From assembly GCA_033723415.1 (NCBI GenBank), contig JAWVXD010000002.1, positions 224,001 through 288,000 of the forward strand: DNA of 64,000 bases, written 5' to 3'. Shown here piece after piece: positions 19,377 to 30,905 of this stretch. The notes beneath the pieces are model-generated. The model did no database searches and had not been told where the DNA came from. It saw only the letters and a list, made by a program, of their open reading frames with translations. The translations under genes were made by a program, and so were the position numbers. Positions within the stretch are counted from its first letter, which is position 1. Each line of letters begins with the position of its first letter. The DNA is from Sulfurospirillaceae bacterium (GTDB lineage Bacteria; Campylobacterota; Campylobacteria; Campylobacterales; Sulfurospirillaceae).

Positions 19377-20373
19377 TATTTGCCTTATTTGAGTATTCTC
19401 CCACCAGATATGGCTCTAAATTTTTGCCTGTTCTTGGCATAATCTCAAGTGCAGCTACTATAGATTCTTCAATCGTATATGCCGGGTCAATCGGCATAAT
19501 TGCAAGTTCAATATCTACGACAAGCTCTCTTGAGTCAATAAAAAAGCTAGAAGAATATATCAATTCACTGATTCTACTACAAGCCTTTTGAGCATTGGAT
19601 ATATCTGTATGTCGCATTATTATAGCGAAGATGTTATCCCCGTAATATGCAATTATATCACTTCTTCTAGATGTCTTTAGAATCAATCTTGCTATACTTT
19701 TTTGAAAGAGCTCTTTCTCTTTCAAATTTATAATTTTATTCAGAACATTATCTTTTACTTTTATCAAAACTATAGAGCTTTTATGGTTATATTGTTGAAT
19801 AGCATCTGATTCTTTTTTAAGTGATTCGAAAAAATAGTTCCTATTAAACACATCATATTTAGGATCAAAAATAGCTTTATTTTCAACCTCTTTTACTATT
19901 TCTACAGTTTTATCATAATGCTTTTTTAAAGAATCCATCTGTTTTTCAGTCAAGTCCGACAGCTTACCTAAGTCAGTATTTAATGCAGATATAATATTTT
20001 GAAGCATAAATTGATTTGTATTTATATCTAACTCTGACAATCTCTTTTTGATAATTTTATCCATCACATTTAAATTCTTATACACTACAGAAACAATTTT
20101 TGCTATACTTTTTACTTCAGCAAATCCTTCTTTAATTTTGCTTTCCATATTTATTCTGTATTCATCAATCATAACATCGTCTGTTTCTATATACTCAATA
20201 GCCTTCTTTTTAAATGCTGCCGGTTTATTTTCAAGCAATTTTTCAAAATAAATTTTAAAATTTGCAGGTGTAGGAAGAAGATTTTCATCACTTATTGTTT
20301 TTAGAACAAATAAAGAAAACTTTTCCAATTCACTATTAGGATTTTGTACTTTTGATGTTTCAGCATTCAACAT
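19366..20373 (-). CDS. Degenerate GGDEF-domain protein
   Basis: DPKYDVFNR..., SRRSDIIAYYGDNIFAII in place of RxGGDEF. Confidence 0.75.
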   Translation of the reverse strand: MLNAETSKVQNPNSELEKFSLFVLKTISDENLLPTPANFKIYFEKLLENKPAAFKKKAIEYIETDDVMIDEYRINMESKIKEGFAEVKSIAKIVSVVYKNLNVMDKIIKKRLSELDINTNQFMLQNIISALNTDLGKLSDLTEKQMDSLKKHYDKTVEIVKEVENKAIFDPKYDVFNRNYFFESLKKESDAIQQYNHKSSIVLIKVKDNVLNKIINLKEKELFQKSIARLILKTSRRSDIIAYYGDNIFAIIMRHTDISNAQKACSRISELIYSSSFFIDSRELVVDIELAIMPIDPAYTIEESIVAALEIMPRTGKNLEPYLVGEYSNKANNDS

Positions 20374-20453
20374 AAATTTACCTTCTTGCTTCTTTTTTGA
20401 TTAAATCAATCTTTTTTGAAAAGATATCAAATATACCCAAATTTTATCTATGT

Positions 20454-21041
20454 TTATTTAAAACTTTTTTCCAAAACTTTGTCTATTAATCCATATTCCA
20501 TAGATTCTTTAGCACTCATAAAGAAATCACGCTCAGTATCTTTTATGATTTTTTGTACTTTTTGACCACAATTTTTAGCCAAAATTTCATTTAACGTATG
20601 CTTTAATCTTAAAATTTCTTTTGCTTGGATTTCTATATCTGTTGCCTGTCCTTGTGCTCCACCAAGAGGTTGATGGATCATGATCCTAGAGTTTGGAAGG
20701 GCATATCTTTTGCCCTTTGTTCCACAACTGAGTAAAAATGCTCCCATAGATGCAGCTTGCCCTATACAAATAGTGCTTATGTCAGGTCTGATGTAATTCA
20801 TAGTGTCATATATGCTAAATCCACTTGTTATCACGCCACCTGGAGAGTTGATATATAGATAGATATCCTTTTCAGGGTCTTCTGCTTCTAGAAATAAAAG
20901 TTGGGCTACGATAGAAGAAGCCACAGCATCATTTATTTCTCCGCTTAGCATGATGATTCTGTCTTTTAAAAGTCTAGAATATATATCGTAACTTCGCTCT
21001 CCCCTGCCGGTTTTTTCTACTACTATAGGAACATAGCTCAT
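20454..21041 (-). CDS. clpP: ATP-dependent Clp protease proteolytic subunit
   Basis: [30 protein letters not shown]. Confidence 0.99.
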   Translation of the reverse strand: MSYVPIVVEKTGRGERSYDIYSRLLKDRIIMLSGEINDAVASSIVAQLLFLEAEDPEKDIYLYINSPGGVITSGFSIYDTMNYIRPDISTICIGQAASMGAFLLSCGTKGKRYALPNSRIMIHQPLGGAQGQATDIEIQAKEILRLKHTLNEILAKNCGQKVQKIIKDTERDFFMSAKESMEYGLIDKVLEKSFK

Positions 21042-22363
21042 TATTTTGCCTCTGTTTGCGGTGTTGTTTTTTTATTTTTAGTGAAAATTTGAGTAAAAAG
21101 TCTATCTTCGACTATTGCCATCTTTACAGCAGGAAGTAATCCTTGCTTTTGATAATATTCAAAATATTGTTTTGGATCTTGCCCTTGTTGCATTGCTTCA
21201 AAATATATCATCTGTGTTACTTCTTGGTCACTAACACTGATCTCTTCTATTTTTGCTAGCTCGTCAACTATAAATGTAAGTTTTACGCTGTTTCTTGCTT
21301 CATCAGCATATTCACTTCTCTTTTCTTCTATTTTAGCTGGATTTTCCGAGTATTCTTTGATCTCTTCTTCACTCATACTTCCGAAAATATTTCTCACTTG
21401 AAGATCAATCTCCTGATCTACGATGTTCTCAGGTATATCGAATTGTGTTTTTTCCAAAATAGCATCAATGAATTTAGGTCTCACTTCTTCAGAAAATAAT
21501 TTGTGGAGTTTTTCATTTTTTAATTGTTCTTTTACTTGAGCTTCTAAAGCTTCTTTTGTTGGATTTTCCTCACCGGGCATTAATTTTTTAAGATCATCGG
21601 CATCCGGAGTTTCTTTAACATCTTTTGCCTGTATTTCATGTAGTTTTACTTTAAACACAGAAAGTTTTCCTGCTAGATCTTTGTTATTGTATTCTTTTGG
21701 GAATGTTACCTCAACGTCTTTTTCTTCGCCTGCTTTTAATCCAATCAATCCTTCTTCAAATCCAGGGATAAAAGATCCGCTACCGATTTCAAGTAAATAT
21801 TTTTCAGCTTTACCACCTTCAAATGGCACACCGTCAACAAATCCTTCAAAATCAATCTGCGCAAAATCTCCATTTGCCAGAGCTCTGTCTTCTTCTACTT
21901 TTTTCATACCTGCAGTAGCGCCCATCATCTCTTGAATTCTTTGATCGATCTCTTTTTGAGTTACTCTTGGAGTTTTATAATCAGGTATAGCATCTTGATA
22001 GTTGTCTAATTCAACAACAGGTCTAAAAGAAACTTTTACTTCGACTTCTATCCCATCATCTGTTTTTTCAAATTTTGAAATTATCGGTTCGCCCACAACC
22101 ATATCGGCTTTTACGTCAAGCTCGATCAAAGCATTGTCAAATAATTCTTTTAAAGCTTCTTGTTCTGCATCTTGTCTGATTTGCTCACCATGTCTTGCTT
22201 TTACTACATGAGTCGGAACTTTACCTTGTCTAAAACCGTCAACTTTCATGTTTTTAGCAGCTTTTGCTGCGATTTTGTCTTCTTTTGAATTTAATAATAC
22301 ATTTGGTATTTTCGCATCTATTTGTGCGTTTGCACTATTAATTCTCTTAGCATTAATTTGCAT
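21041..22363 (-). CDS. tig: Trigger factor
   Basis: [12 protein letters not shown] domain IDFEG...FIPGFEE. Confidence 0.98.
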   Translation of the reverse strand: MQINAKRINSANAQIDAKIPNVLLNSKEDKIAAKAAKNMKVDGFRQGKVPTHVVKARHGEQIRQDAEQEALKELFDNALIELDVKADMVVGEPIISKFEKTDDGIEVEVKVSFRPVVELDNYQDAIPDYKTPRVTQKEIDQRIQEMMGATAGMKKVEEDRALANGDFAQIDFEGFVDGVPFEGGKAEKYLLEIGSGSFIPGFEEGLIGLKAGEEKDVEVTFPKEYNNKDLAGKLSVFKVKLHEIQAKDVKETPDADDLKKLMPGEENPTKEALEAQVKEQLKNEKLHKLFSEEVRPKFIDAILEKTQFDIPENIVDQEIDLQVRNIFGSMSEEEIKEYSENPAKIEEKRSEYADEARNSVKLTFIVDELAKIEEISVSDQEVTQMIYFEAMQQGQDPKQYFEYYQKQGLLPAVKMAIVEDRLFTQIFTKNKKTTPQTEAK

Positions 22364-22507
22364 ATATTCCCTTTTAAAATAAAAATTTTCTATTAATATA
22401 TCAAATTTTTACTTTATATATTATATAAGAATATAGCAATTTGGATTTTTTAACTCTCGAAAAGCAAAAAAAAGATACAATAATACAAAATATATTAGGA
22501 TTTTTTT

Positions 22508-23083
22508 ATGAACAAAAATGAAGAATTTGAAAGTTTAATAAGAAGAATGTTAGAACTTATAGGAGAAGATACAAGGAGAGAAGGTCTTCTAAAAACACCT
22601 CAAAGAGTTCATAAGGCTTTTGAATTTATGACACAAGGATACAATCTGGATCCAAAAAAGGTTTTGAATGATGCTCTTTTTAAGAGTGACAACAGCCAGA
22701 TGGTTTTAATAAAAGACATAGAGTTCTATTCATTATGCGAGCATCATCTTTTGCCGATCATTGGTCGAGCTCATGTTGCATACATACCAAACGGGAAAGT
22801 CGTAGGTTTATCAAAAATACCAAGAATGGTAGATATATTTGCACGAAGATTACAAATACAAGAACAATTAACAGAGCAGATAGCAGAAGCTATAAATGAG
22901 GTAATTGCACCAAAGGGTGTTGGCGTAGTAATACAGGCACGACACATGTGTATGGAAATGAGAGGAGTTGAAAAGACACACTCAAACACAACAACGTCTT
23001 CTCTCAAAGGTATCTTTTTAAAATCAAATACTCGAAAAGAGTTTTTTGATATCATCAATGCACCACAAGCAACAAGATTCTAA
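22508..23083 (+). CDS. folE: GTP cyclohydrolase I
   Basis: [31 protein letters not shown]. Confidence 0.98.
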   Translation: MNKNEEFESLIRRMLELIGEDTRREGLLKTPQRVHKAFEFMTQGYNLDPKKVLNDALFKSDNSQMVLIKDIEFYSLCEHHLLPIIGRAHVAYIPNGKVVGLSKIPRMVDIFARRLQIQEQLTEQIAEAINEVIAPKGVGVVIQARHMCMEMRGVEKTHSNTTTSSLKGIFLKSNTRKEFFDIINAPQATRF

Positions 23084-24381
23084 TGCCGCTAAAAAATTTA
23101 AAACGTCGGCTTGAAAATGAACGGCTATCTCCATTATTTGGCACTATAAAAAAAATTAGTGCTTCAACTATCGAAGTTATTGGATTAAATCCAAGCATCG
23201 GTGATATAGTTAAAATAGTTTCTAAAGAAAAGAGTGAACTTGGTATGGTTACCGAGATAAATCAGGATTCCTTTTTTGTGTCTCCTTTTGGATTTGTCGA
23301 AGGATTTAAAGTTGGTGATAAAATTTTTATCAGCGAACAAGGCATGATGATTTCAGTAGGAGAAGGCCTCCTTGGACGAGTCGTCAATCCTTTTATGAAA
23401 CCAAAAGACGGAAAAGGCGAGATACAAGATTGTATCAGCACTCAGATTATAAAACCGCCTCTTGATGCTATGAAAAGAGGGTTGATAGATGAACCGTTTA
23501 TTGTTGGTGTTAAAACTATAGATGGATTATTGACCTGTGGTAAAGGTCAAAAACTTGGTATATTTGCCGGAAGCGGTGTCGGAAAATCTACACTTATGGG
23601 GATGATCGTCAAAGGCTCTGTTGCAACCATAAAGATAGTGGCTTTAATAGGAGAACGTGGCAGAGAAGTTCCAGAATTCATACAAAAAAATCTAGGAGGA
23701 GATCTAAGCAATACTGTCATCATAGTCGCAACTAGTGATGATTCTCCTTTGATGAGAAAATATGGGGCTTTTTGTGCAATGAGCGTTGCAGAATACTTTA
23801 AGAACAAAGGTCATGACGTATTGTTCATCATGGATTCTATAACCAGATTTGCTATGGCGCAAAGAGAGATAGGCTTAGCTTTGGGGGAACCTCCTACTTC
23901 TAAAGGGTATCCTCCATCAGTATTAACATTGCTACCTCAACTTATGGAGAGGGCCGGAAAAGAAGAAGGTAAAGGCTCTATTACGGCATTTTTTACAGTA
24001 TTGGTTGAAGGTGATGATCTAAGCGATCCTATAGCAGATCAATCTAGAAGTATATTGGACGGGCACATAGTATTAAGCCGCGAGCTTACTGATTATGGTA
24101 TATTCCCACCTATTAACATACAAGCTAGTGCTTCAAGGGTTATGGGAGATATCATAGATGATCAACACAAGACATTTGCTATGCAATTCAAAAAATTGAG
24201 TTCTATTTTGAAAGAGAATGAAGTTTTAGTAAGAATTGGTGCCTATGAAAAAGGAAATGATAAAGATTTGGATCTAGCCATACTCAAAAAAGATATGATG
24301 AATGAATTTTTACGCCAAAAACCAAATGAAATCATAAATTTCGATGACACATTAAAAATGTTAGGAGAAATTTTATCTTGA
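23083..24381 (+). CDS. fliI: Flagellar export ATPase
   Basis: GIFAGSGVGKST, GERGREV, GEPPTSKGYPPS. Confidence 0.97.
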   Translation: MPLKNLKRRLENERLSPLFGTIKKISASTIEVIGLNPSIGDIVKIVSKEKSELGMVTEINQDSFFVSPFGFVEGFKVGDKIFISEQGMMISVGEGLLGRVVNPFMKPKDGKGEIQDCISTQIIKPPLDAMKRGLIDEPFIVGVKTIDGLLTCGKGQKLGIFAGSGVGKSTLMGMIVKGSVATIKIVALIGERGREVPEFIQKNLGGDLSNTVIIVATSDDSPLMRKYGAFCAMSVAEYFKNKGHDVLFIMDSITRFAMAQREIGLALGEPPTSKGYPPSVLTLLPQLMERAGKEEGKGSITAFFTVLVEGDDLSDPIADQSRSILDGHIVLSRELTDYGIFPPINIQASASRVMGDIIDDQHKTFAMQFKKLSSILKENEVLVRIGAYEKGNDKDLDLAILKKDMMNEFLRQKPNEIINFDDTLKMLGEILS

Positions 24382-24489
24382 GATAAAAATAATTAGAAAC
24401 TACTTTAATGTTTCTTTAATATTTAAAATATTAATATTCGCAAAGCAAAATTAGGATAAAATATGTCTTAATTAAAAAATGGAGATTGA

Positions 24490-25680
<1,191 letters not shown>

Positions 25681-25691
25681 AAGGATAGAAT

Positions 25692-26681
25692 ATGGGAAAA
25701 AATAGTTTAATAGGCGGCTCTATTTGGGAAGAATATAGCCAAAAAGTACAAGATCTTATGAATAATCCCAAAAATATGGGAGAAATAACCGAAGATCAAG
25801 CAAAAGAAATGAATGCAAAATTAATAATAGCTGATTTTGGAGCAGAAAGTTGCGGAGATGCGGTAAGATTATATTGGGCAGTTGATGAAGCTACGGATAA
25901 AATATTGGATGCAAAATTTAAAAGCTTCGGATGCGGAACAGCAATAGCAAGCTCAGATACAATGGCCGAGCTCTGTATTGGCAAGACTGTTGATCAAGCC
26001 GTTAAAATCACAAATATTGATGTTGAAAAAGCCATGAGAGACACTCCTGAAACTCCTGCTGTACCACCTCAGAAAATGCATTGTTCAGTTATGGCATATG
26101 ATGTAATAAAGGCGGCGGCAGCTTCATACAAAGGAGTAGATGCTGCAAGCTTTGAAGATCAGATCATCGTATGCGAATGTGCAAGAGTAAGTCTTGGGAC
26201 TATCAAAGAAGTTATCAAAATCAATGATCTAAAAACTGTACAAGAGATAACGGACTTTACAAAAGCAGGAGCATTTTGTAAATCATGCGTTAAACCAGGT
26301 GGTCATGAAGATCGAGAATATTATTTAGTAGATATCTTAAAAGAGACTAGAGATGAGATGGAACATGACAAACTACTAGAGCAGGCAAATGCAAAAACAT
26401 CAAATAGCGGCAATATTGCATTTGAAGATATGACAGTTGTGCAAAAATTAAAAGACGTAGAAGCAGTTATAGATGAAAACATTCGAGAAATGCTTATTAT
26501 GGACGGCGGAAATCTTGAAATTGTAGATATTAGAGAAAGCGATGATGGATTTACGGATGTTTATATAAGATATCTTGGTGCTTGCAGCGGATGTGCTAGC
26601 AGCTCAACAGGAACACTATACGCAATAGAAGAAATTTTAAAAGAGAAACTCAGCAATAAAATAAGAGTTTTGCCTATCTAA
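25692..26681 (+). CDS. nifU: Fe-S scaffold NifU (three-domain)
   Basis: CGD, FGCG, KMHC, BFD-like CECA...CKSC, C-terminal GACSGC. Confidence 0.95.
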   Translation: MGKNSLIGGSIWEEYSQKVQDLMNNPKNMGEITEDQAKEMNAKLIIADFGAESCGDAVRLYWAVDEATDKILDAKFKSFGCGTAIASSDTMAELCIGKTVDQAVKITNIDVEKAMRDTPETPAVPPQKMHCSVMAYDVIKAAAASYKGVDAASFEDQIIVCECARVSLGTIKEVIKINDLKTVQEITDFTKAGAFCKSCVKPGGHEDREYYLVDILKETRDEMEHDKLLEQANAKTSNSGNIAFEDMTVVQKLKDVEAVIDENIREMLIMDGGNLEIVDIRESDDGFTDVYIRYLGACSGCASSSTGTLYAIEEILKEKLSNKIRVLPI

Positions 26682-26700
26682 ACAAATAAAGGGGTCTGCT

Positions 26701-27327
26701 TCATGATATATGAAACAGACTCCTTAGACCATCTATAAACATTTGAACAGACATCATCAAAAGTAACATCCCCATTAATTTTTCTAATGCATTTAGCCCC
26801 TTATCTCTTAATACACGATATAAAATAGGAGAAAGGTACAAAATTAAGGAAGAAAAGAACCAAGCTAAGATTATCGAAGCAAATAATTCCCAATGCAGTT
26901 TTGGCGTATATGCTTTTGTCATAAGTAAAAGAGTAGCTAATGCAGAGGGTCCTGCTATCATTGGAATTGCTATAGGTACCACAAATGGTTCTTCATTTTC
27001 TCCGAACATAGTCTTACTTCCACCACTTCCAGGGAAAATCATCTTCAATGCAACAACAAAAAATATGACACCTCCGGCAATTGTAACTGCTGCTGTTTCC
27101 AAGTGAAAAATATTTAAAAAAGATTTTCCAAAGAAGAAGAAAAACAACAAGATCCCCAAACCAAAGAAACTTTCTCTTATAATTATAATTTTTTTTCTTT
27201 TCTCATCTACATGATTCAAAATGCTTAGAACTAAAGGAACATTACCGAATGGATCCAATATAAACATAAATAAAATAGCTGTAGAAAGTATAGAAAAATT
27301 TTCTACCATATCAAAACCTTTATACAC
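26701..27327 (-). CDS. MarC family membrane protein
   Basis: DPFGN, PIAIPMIAGP, KLMGMLL. Confidence 0.9.
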   Translation of the reverse strand: MYKGFDMVENFSILSTAILFMFILDPFGNVPLVLSILNHVDEKRKKIIIIRESFFGLGILLFFFFFGKSFLNIFHLETAAVTIAGGVIFFVVALKMIFPGSGGSKTMFGENEEPFVVPIAIPMIAGPSALATLLLMTKAYTPKLHWELFASIILAWFFSSLILYLSPILYRVLRDKGLNALEKLMGMLLLMMSVQMFIDGLRSLFHIS

Positions 27328-27619
27328 ATAAATTTTTGTCAGTGAACCATTTTGTAACTTCTAGATTACTATAAGATACTTCTCTCTGCGATACAGGTAT
27401 TGACATCAATCTCATCTTCGAGATGACTATCCCCATGACTAAAGTAAGAAAAAGAAAAAATGCAACTCCGATAAAAAAACCGTACATATACCAGATAATA
27501 AATCCTGCAATAGTCGGGAAAAAAGATATAAACAAATAAATCACATACATTACAAACTTACATTTTCCCTTTTTGATTATAGGGATAGGCTCTATAATAT
27601 CAGGGATATACTCTTCCAT
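27320..27619 (-). CDS. Small membrane protein, hypothetical
   Basis: Two TM segments; tightly packed in the operon. Confidence 0.7.
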   Translation of the reverse strand: MEEYIPDIIEPIPIIKKGKCKFVMYVIYLFISFFPTIAGFIIWYMYGFFIGVAFFLFLTLVMGIVISKMRLMSIPVSQREVSYSNLEVTKWFTDKNLCV

Positions 27620-27621
27620 AT

Positions 27622-28119
27622 TTATTTCATATTTATGAAATTAAGCGGTATTTCCATATCTTTTTCTTTTATTGCTCGTATAGCTTCTTGCAGATCGTCG
27701 ATTGATTTTCCTACGACTCTTACTTCTTCACCTCTTATAGATGTTTGCACTTTTAATTTTAGATCTTTAATCTCTTTGACTATTTTTTTTGCATCTTCAG
27801 ATGATATTGTATCATTGACACTAACAGTAAGTTTTGTGTTACCTCCACCTACACTGTCTCTTTTGAATTCTTTTAAAGCTTTTGGCGATATGCCTCTTTT
27901 TATAGCTTTTGAGACCAATATGTCAAACATAGCATCAGCTTTGTTATCGCTAGTAGTTAGTAGATATATTGCTTTTGCATTTTCATTATAATCGACTTCT
28001 GCCTTAATCCCTCGAAAATCATACCGATTTACGATCTCTTTTTTTGCCTGTTCTATCGCATTTTTCAACTCTTGTTTGTCAATCTCTGCAGTTATATCAA
28101 AACTATGCTCTTTTGCCAT
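27622..28119 (-). CDS. yajQ: YajQ family nucleotide/c-di-GMP-binding protein
   Basis: SFDI, NRYDF, RVVGKSIDDLQ. Confidence 0.95.
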   Translation of the reverse strand: MAKEHSFDITAEIDKQELKNAIEQAKKEIVNRYDFRGIKAEVDYNENAKAIYLLTTSDNKADAMFDILVSKAIKRGISPKALKEFKRDSVGGGNTKLTVSVNDTISSEDAKKIVKEIKDLKLKVQTSIRGEEVRVVGKSIDDLQEAIRAIKEKDMEIPLNFINMK

Positions 28120-29050
28120 TATCTTCTCCTATAAAATCTTCTATATTTTTTGCTACCATTTTTATTAATTTTTCTCTAGATTCTATACTAGCCCATGCTA
28201 TATGGGGTGAGAACCTTATATGTTCCGAATTTTTAACGCCTAAAAGCGGATTTTCTTCGCATATAGGTTCAGATTTTACAACATCAAGACCTGCAAAAAT
28301 TTCTTGATTGTCAATCGCATATGCCAGATCATCTTCATTTATAATCCCGCCTCTTCCCATATTCATTATAATTGATCGTTTTTTCATCTTGCAAAGTTCT
28401 TCTTTTTTTATGAGATTTTCTGTTTTTTCATTAAGTGGAGCGTGTATTGAGATTATATCACTGATCTTCAATAATTCATCTAAATCTACTTGTTTGTATT
28501 CAGTGTTATTGTTCTTTCCTGATGTAGAAAAATAAATCACGCGTGAGCCAAAAGCAGTTGCAATCTTTGCGACTTCCCTACCTATGCTTCCTAATCCGAT
28601 GATGCCCCAAGTTTTGTCTTTAATTTCAAAAAACTCTCTATCTAAGTTTGTAAAGATTTTACTTTTTGACCATTGTTTTGATTTTACATACGTGTCATAG
28701 TATGCACTATTGCCAATTATAGAAAAAAGCATCGTAAAAGTTTCTTGTGCAACAGAAAATGTTGAATATCCTGCAACATTCTTTACTACAATATTTTTTT
28801 TCTTTGCATATTCCAAATCTACATTATTTGTACCTGTGGCAGATATGCATATCAGTTTCAACTTTTTACACTGATCCATAATATCCTTATCTATAACGAC
28901 CTTGTTTGTTATGACAATTTCGCTATCTCCAATATTTTGAATTGTTTTTTTATGATCTGTGAAATCATAAGTTTTTAACTCGCCAAATTTTTCAAAGATG
29001 CTTAGATCAACATCTCCAATAGTAGATTTATCTAGTACTGTAATCTTCAT
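28103..29050 (-). CDS. D-2-hydroxyacid dehydrogenase
   Basis: ATGTNNVD, GIIGLGSIG, HAPL, NMGRG, PHIAW. Confidence 0.93.
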   Translation of the reverse strand: MKITVLDKSTIGDVDLSIFEKFGELKTYDFTDHKKTIQNIGDSEIVITNKVVIDKDIMDQCKKLKLICISATGTNNVDLEYAKKKNIVVKNVAGYSTFSVAQETFTMLFSIIGNSAYYDTYVKSKQWSKSKIFTNLDREFFEIKDKTWGIIGLGSIGREVAKIATAFGSRVIYFSTSGKNNNTEYKQVDLDELLKISDIISIHAPLNEKTENLIKKEELCKMKKRSIIMNMGRGGIINEDDLAYAIDNQEIFAGLDVVKSEPICEENPLLGVKNSEHIRFSPHIAWASIESREKLIKMVAKNIEDFIGEDNGKRA

Positions 29051-29069
29051 AGAACCCTCGTTACTGCCG

Positions 29070-29759
29070 CTAAGTCCAACTTAACATATCTTTTAAATTC
29101 ATATTTTTCTTATTTTTTTTTACAAAAATTTTTCCATCACTGTATTTTACACCATCATCTACGCCGACTTTTTTGCTAATCTCTTCTTTAATTATCTTTT
29201 TTTCTTTTTTGGAATACCCTCTTTCTTTAAGATAATCTCGTAGATCCTGCCAGCTCTCATATGAGTCTAATATCTCATCCGTATCGTTTTTTTCTTTGTC
29301 TATTTCAATCTCAATAGTATCTATATCATCATCTGATATATCTGTTTGTATATCTTCATACATATTTTCTTTTTTTTCTAGTACAGGCCTTGTTGCAAGA
29401 GCTAGTATATTCTTAAGCTGTTCATCTCTTTGCTTATAGATCAATTCAACTTTTTCTGTCGATTCAATTAAAAGTTTTTCTTTTTCTTTGATCAATCTAT
29501 CTTTATCTGCTTCTAACCTTTTATTTTTTTCTTTAAGCTCATATAATTCATCTTTGAGAAGTTGAATATAGGCATCATTTACGTTGTTGTTTATTTTTTT
29601 GACTTTAGTAGCTTTTTTTATGTCTTCTGTTAGTACTATATATTTAACACCGTTTTCAACTACTGATTCTAAAGAACCTCTTCTAATTCTGTTGTAGATT
29701 GCTTCCTTACTTACGCCTAAAAGCTCTGCGGTTTCTATTACAGTCAGTTTTTTTTCCAT
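29070..29759 (-). CDS. HTH_17/MerR-like DNA-binding protein with coiled coil
   Basis: LTVIETAELLGVSKEAIYNRIRRGSL followed by a heptad-rich segment. Confidence 0.8.
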   Translation of the reverse strand: MEKKLTVIETAELLGVSKEAIYNRIRRGSLESVVENGVKYIVLTEDIKKATKVKKINNNVNDAYIQLLKDELYELKEKNKRLEADKDRLIKEKEKLLIESTEKVELIYKQRDEQLKNILALATRPVLEKKENMYEDIQTDISDDDIDTIEIEIDKEKNDTDEILDSYESWQDLRDYLKERGYSKKEKKIIKEEISKKVGVDDGVKYSDGKIFVKKNKKNMNLKDMLSWT

Positions 29760-29854
29760 AAAATTTCCTTTTTAGGTCAATAGAAAACATTATACGTTTT
29801 TTTGCTAAATGTTAGTTAAAATTAAGCTAATGGTTATGTTTGTTAGTGAAGATT

Positions 29855-29876
29855 GGCTAAGGAAATATCCTTAGCC
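29855..29876 (-). terminator. Hairpin after rpsU
   Basis: GGCTAAGGA-N4-TCCTTAGCC, 9 nt past the stop; weak U-tract. Confidence 0.7.
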
Positions 29877-29884
29877 GTTAGTGT

Positions 29885-30097
29885 TTAGAGCTTAGATTCA
29901 TATCTACGAAGCATATAAAGTCTTTTAAGCATTTTTTTACGAGCGCTAATTTTTTGTTTTTTTCGCTTTTCAGTAGCTGTTTCAAAAAATCTTCTAGCTC
30001 TCGTTTCTGTAACAACTAGGTTACGGTCAATCTGCTTTTTAAATTTTCTATAAGCTTCTTCAAATGAATCGTTTGGGTGTACTTTAATCCCAGGCAT
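29885..30097 (-). CDS. rpsU: 30S ribosomal protein S21
   Basis: MPGIKV...[11 protein letters not shown]...RARRFFE. Confidence 0.98.
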   Translation of the reverse strand: MPGIKVHPNDSFEEAYRKFKKQIDRNLVVTETRARRFFETATEKRKKQKISARKKMLKRLYMLRRYESKL

Positions 30098-30185
30098 ACT
30101 CTACCACCGCCTCTCTTAAAATTTTGAATTTATATTATAGCAGAATAAAGTAAAAAATAACTTTGACGTAAAATACACTTTTTTC

Positions 30186-30214
30186 TTGACTTTAACCGCC
30201 AATAATAATATACT
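30186..30214 (+). promoter_or_regulatory. Sigma70 promoter of the recombinase-like/ccoG operon
   Basis: TTGACT-17 nt-TATACT, 25 nt upstream of ATG 30240. Confidence 0.7.
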
Positions 30215-30239
30215 TTCGAGTGATAAAAAGGTGACATTT

Positions 30240-30890
30240 ATGAACGTAGTATTATTACATGCAAAAGACAACAAAGCTGATGTTATTTATCAACAGAAGC
30301 ATATCTTCCGATATGCTCATCAAAATGACTTAAGTATAGACTCTACTGAGATAGATTCTTTTGATATGGCAGATAGTCTGTCTTCAAGAAATGAATTAAA
30401 GGGTTTTCTTAGATCTTTGGATATTGGTGATAGTGTCTTAATATATAGTTTATCTACTTTCTCGTACAATATAGAGGAATTAGTAAAAATTTTCAATTGT
30501 TTGTTTGAGAGGTCTATTAGTGCACATGTGACTAGTCTGGATTTAAAAATAACGAAAGATACACCTGTAGGCATGCTTTTTAGCATATTTTTAAAAGAAC
30601 AAGAAAAAAATCTTTATAAAAATAAAACTTCAATACAAGGTAGGCCAAAAGGTAGAATGTCAAAATCAAAATTTGATATTTATAGGCTGAAAATCATTGA
30701 ACTTTTGGAAAACAAACATTCTGTAAATGAGATTTCAAAGATCTTGGCGGAGAGTCGAAGCTCTCTTAAAGATTATATAAATTCAAGAGGTTTAAAAGAT
30801 TTAGTAGAGACAAGAAAGAATCTACTTGGGGAAAAAGACTTTGAGGAAAACAAGAAAAAATTCTCAAAGTGTAAGATAATTAAGAAATAA
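30240..30890 (+). CDS. Serine-recombinase (resolvase)-fold protein with C-terminal HTH; catalytic motifs lost
   Basis: RNEL..FLRSLDIGDSVLIYSLS, GRPKG, HTH SVNEISKILAESRSSL. RBS AAGGTG before ATG 30240. Confidence 0.8.
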   Translation: MNVVLLHAKDNKADVIYQQKHIFRYAHQNDLSIDSTEIDSFDMADSLSSRNELKGFLRSLDIGDSVLIYSLSTFSYNIEELVKIFNCLFERSISAHVTSLDLKITKDTPVGMLFSIFLKEQEKNLYKNKTSIQGRPKGRMSKSKFDIYRLKIIELLENKHSVNEISKILAESRSSLKDYINSRGLKDLVETRKNLLGEKDFEENKKKFSKCKIIKK

Positions 30891-30905
30891 GGAAGGGGAA
30901 AGCAT

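Noticed and set aside
20397..20409. FNR-like box TTGAT-TAA-ATCAA
   Set aside because: Spacer is 3 nt rather than 4.
30240..30890. Active invertase or transposon resolvase
   Set aside because: Catalytic residues absent; no flanking repeats or transposase.
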